NCBI GenBank assembly: GCA_963753585.1
Contig: CAVWCU010000001.1
Coordinates: 72,959 to 136,958, forward strand
Reading direction: 5' to 3'
Length of the DNA stretch: 64,000 bases
Source: an uncultured Solirubrobacterales bacterium
Lineage (GTDB): Bacteria; Actinomycetota; Thermoleophilia; Solirubrobacterales; 70-9
Below are positions 30,476-39,800 of this stretch, piece by piece. Under the pieces are notes generated by a model. The model had not been told where the DNA came from, did not search any database, and saw nothing but the letters and a program-made list of their open reading frames with translations. A program made the position numbers and the translations under genes. Each line of letters starts with the position of its first letter. Position 1 is the first letter of the stretch.

Positions 30476-32140
30476 ATGGACCCCTCTCGCCTTCAGGCGT
30501 ACCACCAGTACACCCGCGATCACGGGGTCAACCCGATCCTGTATCTGCTGGCCCGGGTTTTCATGACCCCCTTCTTCCTCGTCTACTTCCGCTACTCGAG
30601 GACCGGCCGCGAGCACGGACGCATCAAGGGCGGCCTGATTGTCGCCGCCAACCACCGCAGCTTCCTCGACCCGTTCGCGATCGGTGGCGCCCTCCCCTGG
30701 CGGCGGCCGATGAACTACGTCGCCAAGGTCGAGCTCTTCGAGCGGCGCTGGCAGGGGTGGATCCTCTCTCGCCTCGGCGCCTTCCCGATCCGGCGTGGCG
30801 AGTCCGACGAGGACTCGGTGGAGACGGCGCGCCTCCTCGTCGAACGGGGCGGCGCCGTCTGCATCTTTCCGGAGGGCACCCGGATTCGCCGCGGCTCGCT
30901 GGCCGAGCCCAAGCGCGGCGTCGGCCGCCTGGCGTTGATGACCGGTGCCCCCGTCATTCCGGCTGCCGTTCTCGGTACAGAACGCGTGCGCCGCGGCTGG
31001 CGGATCCGCCCCCACAAGATCAGGGTCCGCCTCGGCAAGGCGATGACCTTCCCCCGGGCGGAGGATCCCTCGCACGGGCTTGCCGCAACGGCGACCGGGC
31101 GGATCTGGCCCAACGTCGAGCTCCAGTGGGAGGACCTCGGCGGCCTGCCCCCGATGCGCCGTGCGGCGGTGATCGGGGCCGGCAGCTGGGGCACCGCCCT
31201 CGCAGTGCTTCTCGCACGCAGCGGCCTCGAAGTCCAGCTGGCGACCCGCACCGCGGAGCAGGCGACCGAGCTCGGCGAGGTACGCGAGAACCGCCGTTAC
31301 CTGGAGGGCGTGCGCCTGCCCGACTCGGTCCAAGTTCGGCAGGCCTCAGAAGTCGAGCTGGCAGGCCTCGACCTGGTTTGTCTGGCGATCCCTTCGGGTT
31401 CGCTGCCGCAGGCGGTCGGGGGCATCGCCGACCGGATTGGCACGCGCGCAGCGGTGCTGCTTCTGACCAAGGGACTGGTCGCGCCGCAGGGCCTGCTTCC
31501 TGCCGAGTACGTCGGCGAGCGGGTGCGGGCGCGCGCGATCGCCTCCCTGGGTGGGCCGGCCCACGCCCGTGAGGCCGTTTCCGGCTCGGCGGCGCTCGTG
31601 CTCAGCTCAGACGACGACGACCTGCGCGACCAGCTCGGCGGGGTTTTCGATCGTGCCGGCTTGTTCTGCGAGCGCTCGCGCGACGTGGCTGGGGTCGAGA
31701 TGGCCGGAGCCGCGAAGAACGCCGCGGCTCTCGCCGCCGCCGCCGCCGAGCCGCACGGGCTCAACGCGGCGGGGATCGCCGCTGCTCAGGTCTGGCGCGA
31801 GTGCATCGACCATGCGATCGATCGCGGCGCCGAGCTCGAGACGTTCGCCGGCCTCGCCGGGGTCGGTGACCTCACCGCAACGGTGATGGCGCCGGAGGGC
31901 CGCAACCGGCGCGCCGGCGAGCTGCTTGGGCGCGGCACCCCGGCGAGCGAGATACCGGGAATCATCGGTCAGGCTTCGGAGGGCCTAGACGCGGTTCCGC
32001 TGCTGGCAGCGGCGACCGCGGCGGGGGGCGGTAAGGCGGAGGCGCTGTCCCGCCTCGCCGCGCTGATCCGCGGAGAGATCGACGCCGATGCATGGGTCGC
32101 GGGCCTGCGCCGGGTCGAGCGCGCGCGGGAGGCAGCGTGA
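30476..32140 (+). CDS. plsC/gpsA: Fusion protein: 1-acyl-sn-glycerol-3-phosphate acyltransferase (PlsC) domain + NAD(P)H-dependent glycerol-3-phosphate dehydrogenase (GpsA) domain
   Basis: One uninterrupted 554-aa frame. The N-part has acyltransferase motifs NHRSFLDP and FPEGTR. From about residue 222 it reads MRRAAVIGAGSWGTALAVLLA, then a full GpsA-like sequence (NxxYL, GGPAHA, KN..A). Confidence 0.85.
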   Translation: MDPSRLQAYHQYTRDHGVNPILYLLARVFMTPFFLVYFRYSRTGREHGRIKGGLIVAANHRSFLDPFAIGGALPWRRPMNYVAKVELFERRWQGWILSRLGAFPIRRGESDEDSVETARLLVERGGAVCIFPEGTRIRRGSLAEPKRGVGRLALMTGAPVIPAAVLGTERVRRGWRIRPHKIRVRLGKAMTFPRAEDPSHGLAATATGRIWPNVELQWEDLGGLPPMRRAAVIGAGSWGTALAVLLARSGLEVQLATRTAEQATELGEVRENRRYLEGVRLPDSVQVRQASEVELAGLDLVCLAIPSGSLPQAVGGIADRIGTRAAVLLLTKGLVAPQGLLPAEYVGERVRARAIASLGGPAHAREAVSGSAALVLSSDDDDLRDQLGGVFDRAGLFCERSRDVAGVEMAGAAKNAAALAAAAAEPHGLNAAGIAAAQVWRECIDHAIDRGAELETFAGLAGVGDLTATVMAPEGRNRRAGELLGRGTPASEIPGIIGQASEGLDAVPLLAAATAAGGGKAEALSRLAALIRGEIDADAWVAGLRRVERAREAA

Positions 32141-32169
32141 GCGTGCGCGATCCATTTCTTCCAGTGCAA

Positions 32170-32338
32170 CTAGTAGGGATTGGCGAAACCCATGTGTGCG
32201 GGCCAGCGAGCGCCGGACCAAGCGGAGCAAGGACGCAGGGGACCCGAATAGCGCTGCTATTCGGGTCCCCGAGGACGCAGCCCCGCGCCGTGTCCGCCGC
32301 CGCTGGACGCGTGCGGGGGTTTCGCCAATTCCTACTAG
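32170..32338 (-). repeat. Long-hairpin intergenic element, family A/F, copy A1 (inverted relative to A2)
   Basis: 22-nt arms CTAGTAGGGATTGGCGAAACCC and GGGTTTCGCCAATTCCTACTAG (1 mismatch). Apical hairpin GGGGACCCGAATAGC-GCT-GCTATTCGGGTCCCC. The interior aligns along its length to the reverse complement of 46048-46214. Confidence 0.9.
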
Positions 32339-32347
32339 GCTTGAACC

Positions 32348-32908
32348 GTGAGCGGCGCAGCGGAGAACGTCGAGCCGGCAAGTCTCGACCCGGCCGCCAA
32401 GGCGGAGCTGGACCGGGCTTTCGAGGATCTCTACCGGGCGCACCTGCGCGACGTCTACTCCTACGCCTACTACCGGGTCGGCAACCAGCACGACGCCGAG
32501 GACCTCACCGAGCAGGCCTTCCTGCAGGCCTACCGGCACTTCGATCGCGCTCGCCGCGAGTCCGACGGCCGACCGCTGCGTCCCTGGCTGATCCGCATCG
32601 CCCACAACCTCGCCTCGAACTACTACCGCGACCGTTCGCGCCGGCCGCAGACCTCGTTGGAGGTTGCCGACCCGATTCCCACACGGCACGGCACCGAGGC
32701 GATCGCCGAGGGGCGCGAGGAGCTTCGACAGGTGATGGCGAACCTCGAGAACCTCTCCGACGACCGCCGCGAGGTGCTGATCATGCGCTTCGCGCTCGGC
32801 ATGGACAATCGCGAGATCGCACGCGCCCTGGGCCGGAGCGACGGGGCCACCAAGGTGCTCATACACCGGGCGATCAAGCAGCTCCAGGAGGAGATGGCCG
32901 ATGAGTGA
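32348..32908 (+). CDS. ECF-type RNA polymerase sigma factor
   Basis: 186 aa. Region 2 (DAEDLTEQAFLQAY, PWLIRIAHN) and region 4 (REVLIMRFALGMDNREIARALGRSDGATKVLIHRA). GTG start. Confidence 0.85.
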   Translation: MSGAAENVEPASLDPAAKAELDRAFEDLYRAHLRDVYSYAYYRVGNQHDAEDLTEQAFLQAYRHFDRARRESDGRPLRPWLIRIAHNLASNYYRDRSRRPQTSLEVADPIPTRHGTEAIAEGREELRQVMANLENLSDDRREVLIMRFALGMDNREIARALGRSDGATKVLIHRAIKQLQEEMADE

Positions 32909-33245
32909 GGCCCAAGGACTGGGCGGCACCACCTGGGACGTCGAGCACCTCCTTGCCGATGCGCTGCGGCCGATGGAGCCTCCCGAGCGCCTCTCCGGCC
33001 GGCTCGAGGACACCCTCTCCGCAGTCACGCAGGCGGCTGCGGAGGAGCTCTCGGACTGGGCCGAGGAGCTTTCCGAGAGCGAGCTGCGCGCACTCCGCGA
33101 TCCGCGTAACTGGGTCCGTCCGGTGTTCGCTGTCGGCGCGGGGGGAGCGGCGGCCGGTGCCCTGGTCCTGCTCGAGGTCCGCCGCCGCGGTCGCCACCAG
33201 GCCAAGGGCGGCCTGCGGTCCCTGGCCGGCCGGGTCAGGCTGTAG
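32901..33245 (+). CDS. Putative anti-sigma factor (single C-proximal TM)
   Basis: 114 aa. ATG overlaps the sigma gene stop (ATGAGTGA). One hydrophobic segment, VFAVGAGGAAAGALVLL. Assignment is by position only. Confidence 0.4.
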   Translation: MSEAQGLGGTTWDVEHLLADALRPMEPPERLSGRLEDTLSAVTQAAAEELSDWAEELSESELRALRDPRNWVRPVFAVGAGGAAAGALVLLEVRRRGRHQAKGGLRSLAGRVRL

Positions 33246-33645
33246 TCGGCTCACCCTTTCTCTCTGCCGGCGTTGCCAGCGCGGCGCCGACGCCCAGCGC
33301 GCCGGCGAAGAGGTGGAGGAGGTTGCCGGCCGTGTCGACCGGAAGGAAGCCGAGGATCGCCTCGCCGCTGCCGATCGCGAATCCCCAGAGGGCCACGGCA
33401 AGGTAGAAGCACCCGAGCCAGAGCGAGTACTGGCGTGACGCGTAGCCGGCCATGTACAGCCCGAGCCCCCCCGTGAGGACGTGCAGGACGTTGACCCAGG
33501 CGTTGACCGCCAGGAGGCCGAAGACCTCGCCGACATCCCCGGGGGAGCCGAACGCGGCGCTGTAGAAGAAGCCGACTATGCCGATGACCACAAGCGTCCA
33601 TCCGGCGAGGGTGGCGTAGAGCCGTGCGGGGCTGGGTGCGTCCAT
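33235..33645 (-). CDS. DUF4383-like small membrane protein
   Basis: 136 aa, four TM helices. Duplicated signature VNAWVNVLHVLTG and AGNLLHLFAG, as in DUF4383. Confidence 0.65.
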   Translation of the reverse strand: MDAPSPARLYATLAGWTLVVIGIVGFFYSAAFGSPGDVGEVFGLLAVNAWVNVLHVLTGGLGLYMAGYASRQYSLWLGCFYLAVALWGFAIGSGEAILGFLPVDTAGNLLHLFAGALGVGAALATPAERKGEPTTA

Positions 33646-33673
33646 CGGCCGCGATTGTAGGCTGCCCCTCCCG

Positions 33674-34498
33674 ATGGCCCAGACCTGTTACCGGCACCCG
33701 AACCGCGAGACGGCAGTCTCCTGCTCCTCCTGCGGGCGGCCGATCTGTCCCGACTGCATGACGCCGACGCCGGTCGGGATGCGCTGCCCGGAGTGCGCCA
33801 GCCAGCGCACCCGCGTCGTCAGGGGCGTCGGCGAGGCGGGCCTGTTCGCCAGCGCTCCGGCGACCTTCATCCTGATTGCGCTTAACGCGGCTGCCTTTCT
33901 CGCTGAGATAGTCGGCGCCAGCGGCGGGCTCACGGTTGGCAACAGCTCGGTCGTCTTCGACTTCGGCCTCTACGGGCCACTTGTCGCCGAAGGCGAGTGG
34001 TACCGGCTCCTCACCGGCGGGTTCCTCCACGCCAGCCTCGTCCACATCGGCTTCAACATGTTCGCGCTCTATTTCCTCGGCAGGCTGCTGGAGCCGTCGA
34101 TCGGCACACCGCGCTTTCTCGCCGTCTATTTCGCCTCGCTCTTCGGCGGTGCCTTCGGCGCCCTCCTGCTCAGCCCGGAGGCGCTCACGGTCGGCGCTTC
34201 GGGGGCGATCTTCGGCCTCTTCGGCGCGGCCTTCCTGATCGCCCGCGACCGCGGCTTCGATGCGGTCGCCTCGTCGATCGGGGTCATCCTCCTGCTCAAC
34301 CTCGCCTTCAGCTTCTACGGCCCAGGCCACATCAGCCTCGGCGGCCACCTCGGCGGGCTGGTGGCCGGGGTCCTATGCGCCGGAGCGATCCTGGCGGGAG
34401 ATCGCGGGATGCTCGGTCAGCGCCGATTTCCCGCCGGGATGATCGCGATGACGGCCGTGGCCGTGCTCGCGATCGTCGGTGCGCTGGCGATCGCCTAG
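33674..34498 (+). CDS. Rhomboid-family intramembrane serine protease with N-terminal zinc ribbon
   Basis: 274 aa. CYRHP...CSSCGRPICPDC...CPEC zinc ribbon. Rhomboid motifs WYRLLTGGFLHAS, GASGAIFGL (catalytic Ser) and GHLGGL (catalytic His). Confidence 0.9.
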   Translation: MAQTCYRHPNRETAVSCSSCGRPICPDCMTPTPVGMRCPECASQRTRVVRGVGEAGLFASAPATFILIALNAAAFLAEIVGASGGLTVGNSSVVFDFGLYGPLVAEGEWYRLLTGGFLHASLVHIGFNMFALYFLGRLLEPSIGTPRFLAVYFASLFGGAFGALLLSPEALTVGASGAIFGLFGAAFLIARDRGFDAVASSIGVILLLNLAFSFYGPGHISLGGHLGGLVAGVLCAGAILAGDRGMLGQRRFPAGMIAMTAVAVLAIVGALAIA

Positions 34499-35412
34499 GC
34501 CCGGCCACCTCGCGCGTGTGAGGAGCGCAGCTCGGCGAAGCCGATGTTTCCCGGCGCGTCGACTAAATCGGGGTGCAGCAGATGACCGAGCAGCTCGACG
34601 CCATCGACGAGTCGCGGCCCGGGCCGCGAGAAGGTCGATGCGGCGTCGACCGCGAACACCCGCTGGGGGCCGAGCTCCTCGATGCGGAACCAGTGTTCGA
34701 GCGCCTGGGTTCGAGCGCCGTCGACGTACCAGCCGCAGGGCATCGCGATCACCACGTCGGGGTTGAGGCCCGAAAGCTCGCCCCAGGAGACCTCGGGCGA
34801 CTTCAGCCCCGGCGGGCCGGCGACGTCCTCGCCCCCCGCGATCGAGATCATCTCGGGGATCCAGTGTCCCCCGACGTAAGGCGGGTCGAGCCACTCCAGG
34901 GCGATCACCCGGGGTAGCGCCGTCCCCGAGACCGCGGCGCGGACCGTCGCCAGCCTGCCCTCCAGGTCACCGCGTAGCTCGTGCGCCTGGCGCGGAATCC
35001 CGGCCGCCTCTCCCAGCCGGATCACGTCCTCGAGCATCTCTCCGAGCGTGCTCGGGTCCTGCTGCAAGACCCGCGGCCTGCTGGAGAGGCGGGCGGCCAC
35101 CTCGAGCACGTCCTCGAAGGAGACGGCGCACACGGCGCAGACCGCCTGGGTGACGATCAGGTCCGGGGCCAGTGTCTCGAGCAGCTCCTCGTCGAGCTCG
35201 TACAGCGCCAGTCCCTCGGCGACCCTCGTCTTCACCGCCCGGTCGATCTCGGCGGCGCTGAGGTTCGGCTGCAGCACGGTTCTGGTCAGATCGGGAAGCG
35301 AGCGCGCCTCGGGCGGGTAGTCGCACTCATGCGTGACCGCGACGACACTGTCGCCGAGCCCGAGTGCGTAGAGCATCTCGGTCGCAGAGGGAACGAGGCT
35401 TGCGATGCGCAT
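34495..35412 (-). CDS. BtuF/FhuD-fold (Peripla_BP_2) binding protein lacking a signal peptide
   Basis: Start set to ATG 35412 (MRIASLVPSATEMLYALGLGDSVVAVTHECDYP...), 305 aa. The pattern is typical of cobalamin/siderophore-binding protein homologues. No N-terminal hydrophobic segment. Confidence 0.7.
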   Translation of the reverse strand: MRIASLVPSATEMLYALGLGDSVVAVTHECDYPPEARSLPDLTRTVLQPNLSAAEIDRAVKTRVAEGLALYELDEELLETLAPDLIVTQAVCAVCAVSFEDVLEVAARLSSRPRVLQQDPSTLGEMLEDVIRLGEAAGIPRQAHELRGDLEGRLATVRAAVSGTALPRVIALEWLDPPYVGGHWIPEMISIAGGEDVAGPPGLKSPEVSWGELSGLNPDVVIAMPCGWYVDGARTQALEHWFRIEELGPQRVFAVDAASTFSRPGPRLVDGVELLGHLLHPDLVDAPGNIGFAELRSSHARGGRA

Positions 35413-35521
35413 CCTGTGGGCAATATCGCACCCTCTCGCCGGCGCCGCGGAACGGAAAGCTATATTGCGTAGGCCGAATGGCCGACGACGAACTCCCCCG
35501 AAGTACCGGGCCAAATAGACG

Positions 35522-36820
35522 ATGAGCGCCCTGCTGCTCGTCCTCCTGCTCCTGCTGTTGGCCATCAACGGCTTCTTCGTCGCGGCCGAGTTCGCGCTCG
35601 TGCGCAGCCGCCGCGGCAAGATCGAACAGCTCGCCGAGGAAGGCGAAAGCGGCGCCGAGGAGGTGATCGAGCAGCTCGACAAGATCGACGAATCGCTTTC
35701 CGCCTGCCAGATCGGCATCACGATGGCCTCAATCGGCATCGGCTTCCTCGGCGAGCCCGCGCTGGCCGTGCTGCTCGAGCCGGTCTTCGGCGGCCTCTCC
35801 CACGGTGTCGCGGTCGGGCTCTCGGTGGCGATTGCCTTCACCATCGTCACCGCGCTGCACATCAGCGTCGGCGAGCAGGTGCCGAAGATGCTGGCGATCA
35901 GCCATGCCGAGCGAACCGCCCGCCGCGTCTCCCGGCCGCTCAACTGGTTCCGCATCGCGACCGCGCCGGTGACCTACTCGCTGAGCGCGTTCTCGAATGC
36001 GATCGTGCGGCTCTTCGGCGTCGACCCGACCGACATCGAGGTGCGCCACACCGCCGAGGATCTGAAGCAGATCATCGACAGCTCGCGGATCGGCGGCACG
36101 CTCGACCCGGGCGAGGCGGGAATGCTGGGCGGGGTCTTCCACCTGCATGAGCAGGAGGCCCGCGAGGTGATGACCCCGATTCCCGCGGTGGTCACCGTCG
36201 ATGCCTCCGAGGCGGTCGAGATTGCGCTGCGACGCTGTGTCACCTCGGGCCACACCCGCCTGGTCGTGATCGAGGACGAGAACCCCGACCGCGTGAAGGG
36301 GATCGTCCACAACAACAGCCTCGCCCGCCTCTACATGAGCGACGGTCCCCAGGCGGAGATCTCCCCGGCGATCCGCGACGCCGTGATCGTCCCCGAGACC
36401 CGGCCGCTCGACGACCTCCTGCACGACCTCCAAGTCCAGCGAACCTCGCTCTCTGTCGTCGTCGACGAGTACGGGCGGACGGTCGGGATCGTCACCGTCG
36501 AGGACATCCTCGAGGAGGTGGTCGGCGAGATCGAGGACGAGACCGACCCGCGCGCCGCGGCGCTGCGCCAGCTCGCCGGCGGCGAGTGGTTCGTCCGCGG
36601 TCACGTCTCGCTCGGCGACCTCTCCGACGCGGGGATCGAGCTGCCGGTCGACACCGACGCCTACAACTCGGTCGGCGGTTACGTCTTCGGCGAGCTCGGC
36701 CGCCTGCCCAAGCGCGGCGACACGATCGTCGCCAACGGCTACACGATCCGGGTCGAGTCGGTGCGCGAGAACAGGATCGAGGCGGTCCGGATCAGCGGTT
36801 CCGTCCGCCAGGGCTCCTAG
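35522..36820 (+). CDS. CNNM/TlyC-family protein (DUF21 - CBS pair - CorC_HlyC)
   Basis: 432 aa. N-terminal DUF21 TM domain ([10 protein letters not shown]), a CBS pair, and a C-terminal CorC/HlyC transporter-associated domain. Confidence 0.9.
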   Translation: MSALLLVLLLLLLAINGFFVAAEFALVRSRRGKIEQLAEEGESGAEEVIEQLDKIDESLSACQIGITMASIGIGFLGEPALAVLLEPVFGGLSHGVAVGLSVAIAFTIVTALHISVGEQVPKMLAISHAERTARRVSRPLNWFRIATAPVTYSLSAFSNAIVRLFGVDPTDIEVRHTAEDLKQIIDSSRIGGTLDPGEAGMLGGVFHLHEQEAREVMTPIPAVVTVDASEAVEIALRRCVTSGHTRLVVIEDENPDRVKGIVHNNSLARLYMSDGPQAEISPAIRDAVIVPETRPLDDLLHDLQVQRTSLSVVVDEYGRTVGIVTVEDILEEVVGEIEDETDPRAAALRQLAGGEWFVRGHVSLGDLSDAGIELPVDTDAYNSVGGYVFGELGRLPKRGDTIVANGYTIRVESVRENRIEAVRISGSVRQGS

Positions 36821-36864
36821 CTTCTTCGGGCAACCCGCGTTTCACCGAACCACGGAGGTCTCGC

Positions 36865-37092
36865 ATGTGGGTTGTGCGCATGAGCGACAAGCAGCTTGAG
36901 GTTCTCAGGGCACTGTTGCGATCCGAGCAGCACCTCGGCCCCGCGCTCAAAGGCGCGGTCGAGGCACTGGACTTGGCGCGCTGGGACGATCTTCCCGAGG
37001 CCGAGCTCCCCTGGGACGAAGTCGAGGCGATCGCCCGCCGTCAGGGCATCTCGCCCGCCGACGTGATCTGGGACCTGTCTAAGAAGAATTAA
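36865..37092 (+). CDS. Small hypothetical protein (75 aa)
   Basis: ATG 36865 lies 5 nt after a GGAGG RBS. No recognisable motif. Confidence 0.45.
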   Translation: MWVVRMSDKQLEVLRALLRSEQHLGPALKGAVEALDLARWDDLPEAELPWDEVEAIARRQGISPADVIWDLSKKN

Positions 37093-37093
37093 C

Positions 37094-37116
37094 TAGCTAC
37101 GGCTAGACCCGAGGGT

Positions 37117-37129
<13 letters not shown>
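37094..37129. terminator. Bidirectional hairpin between convergent genes
   Basis: TAGCTACGGCTAGACCC (37094-37110) and GGGTCTAGCCGTAGCTA (37113-37129) are 17-nt perfect arms. The right arm includes the stop codon and the last codons of the minus-strand hbd-like gene. Confidence 0.55.
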
Positions 37130-37941
<812 letters not shown>

Positions 37942-38051
37942 GAGCGGGTTCCTATCACGACGCCACTCGGGTGGGTTGCCTGGGAGTCCAGCGAGTCTCG
38001 GTAAAAGCGTGTAACTTCTTCCATCAGTCAAAGTGATTGGAGGGAAAAGGG

Positions 38052-38525
38052 ATGCGTGGTAGGGGTTTGATTTTGACGTTCGTCGGAGCGCTGGCGATTG
38101 CCGCGATTGGAGTGGGGTGCGGCGACAGCGGTGACAGCAGCCAGGCCAGCGATGAGATCACCAAGCCGACCTTCATCGCGAAGGCAGACGCGATCTGCAA
38201 CCGGAACTACGAAAACGTCAGGGCCGAGTACGAAGACTTCACCAAGGAGAACGGCGGGCCTGAAAACGCGTTCAACGACGAGCAGCGCCGGGCCGAATAC
38301 GTGGACACGGTGATCGTCCCCGAGAAGAAGGAGACGGTTGAGGAACTTCAGGAGCTCGGGGCGCCGAGCGGGGAAGAGCAGAAAGTGGAAGAACTTCTGG
38401 ACGCTTACGAGGAAGGCATCGAGGTCGCCGAAGAAGACCCGGAGAGGGCGATGGCCACCGGAGGCGTGTTCGTCTACGCCTCCAGCGTCGCCTCAAAATA
38501 CGGCCTCAATAACTGCCGTTACTAG
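38052..38525 (+). CDS. Lipoprotein, function unknown
   Basis: ATG 38052 lies 7 nt after GGAGGG. Signal peptide with lipobox IGVGC. Acidic mature part. Confidence 0.6.
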   Translation: MRGRGLILTFVGALAIAAIGVGCGDSGDSSQASDEITKPTFIAKADAICNRNYENVRAEYEDFTKENGGPENAFNDEQRRAEYVDTVIVPEKKETVEELQELGAPSGEEQKVEELLDAYEEGIEVAEEDPERAMATGGVFVYASSVASKYGLNNCRY

Positions 38526-38606
38526 GCCTCGCCACACGGTTCGGGGAGGGTCGCCGGCACCAGGTTCCTGGCTAGGCGGCCAGTCTCCCGATATGCTGCC
38601 CGCCCG

Positions 38607-39785
38607 ATGGACCTGACCCTCTCGCCATCCGAGCAGCAGTTCCGCGAAGAGGTTCGCGACTGGATCGAAGCGAACCATCCGGGCCCCGAGCCGGAAGCAG
38701 GCCTGGAGGAGGTGATGGCCTTCCGCCGCGAGTGGCAGCAGAAGATGCACGCCGCCGGCTGGGCGGGCATCTCCTGGCCGAAGGAGTACGGCGGCCGCGG
38801 TTCCACCATGATCGAGCAGGCGATCTTCGTCGGCGAGGCCTCGCGGCTGGAGGCGCCCAGCCCGGCCAACGTCCTCGGCCTGGCGATGGGCGGCCCGGTG
38901 GTGATCGCCCATGGCACGGACGCGCAGAAGCAGCGTTACCTGGAGCCGATCCTCACCGCCGAGGAGATCTGGTGCCAGGGCTTCTCGGAGCCCGAGTCGG
39001 GCTCCGACCTCGCCTCGCTGAAGACCAGGGCGGTCAAAGACGGAGACGAATGGGTGGTCACCGGGCAGAAGGTCTGGACCACGTTCGCCCAGTACGCCAA
39101 GTGGTGCATGCTCGTCGCCCGAACCGACCCCGACGCCCCCAAGCACAAGGGGCTCACCTACTTCCTGATGGACATGGAGCAACCCGGGGTGGAGGCCAAG
39201 CCCCTGGTGCAGATCACCGGCGAGGGGGAGTTCAACGAGGTCTTCATCGAGGAGGCGCGCATCCCGCATGAGAACGTCATCGGCGAGGTCGGCGACGGCT
39301 GGTCGGTGGCGATCACGACCCTGATGAACGAGCGCGCGGGGCTTGCCTTCGGTGCCATCGCCCAGGTCGCCAACGGCCTCAAGCGGCTCGGGGCCCTGGC
39401 CACGGAGACCCGGACGAACGGCGGCACCGCCGCCGAGGACCCGGTTATCCGCCAGCGGCTGGCACAGCTTCACATCGAGGCGGAGACGATGCGCCTGAAC
39501 GCCTACCGCGGCTTGACCAAGACGATGCAGTCGGGGATCCCGGGCCCCGAGGGCTCGCTGGGCAAGTGGCAGTGGGCGGACATCAACCAGCGCATGGCCG
39601 AGCTCGCGCTCGACATCGAGGGCGCATACGCGCCGCTGGCGCGCGGGGACGAGCACGCGATCGCCGGCGGTGCCTGGCAGTACAGCTTCCTCCGCTCGCG
39701 CGCCAACTCGATCGAGGGCGGCACCACCGACATCCTCAAGAACATCATCGCCGAGCGCGTGCTCGGCCTTCCCAAGATGCGTTAG
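38607..39785 (+). CDS. Acyl-CoA dehydrogenase
   Basis: 392 aa. Has the N, middle beta-barrel (CQGFSEPESGSDL) and C-terminal helical domains, with a catalytic-base region near the C-terminus (IEGGTTDI). Confidence 0.9.
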   Translation: MDLTLSPSEQQFREEVRDWIEANHPGPEPEAGLEEVMAFRREWQQKMHAAGWAGISWPKEYGGRGSTMIEQAIFVGEASRLEAPSPANVLGLAMGGPVVIAHGTDAQKQRYLEPILTAEEIWCQGFSEPESGSDLASLKTRAVKDGDEWVVTGQKVWTTFAQYAKWCMLVARTDPDAPKHKGLTYFLMDMEQPGVEAKPLVQITGEGEFNEVFIEEARIPHENVIGEVGDGWSVAITTLMNERAGLAFGAIAQVANGLKRLGALATETRTNGGTAAEDPVIRQRLAQLHIEAETMRLNAYRGLTKTMQSGIPGPEGSLGKWQWADINQRMAELALDIEGAYAPLARGDEHAIAGGAWQYSFLRSRANSIEGGTTDILKNIIAERVLGLPKMR

Positions 39786-39800
39786 GGGCTCTCACCGAAC

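Noticed and set aside
35413-35955. Upstream extension of the minus-strand binding-protein ORF (486-aa version)
   Set aside because: It runs antisense through the start of the CNNM gene. Recognisable Peripla_BP_2-like sequence begins at ATG 35412.
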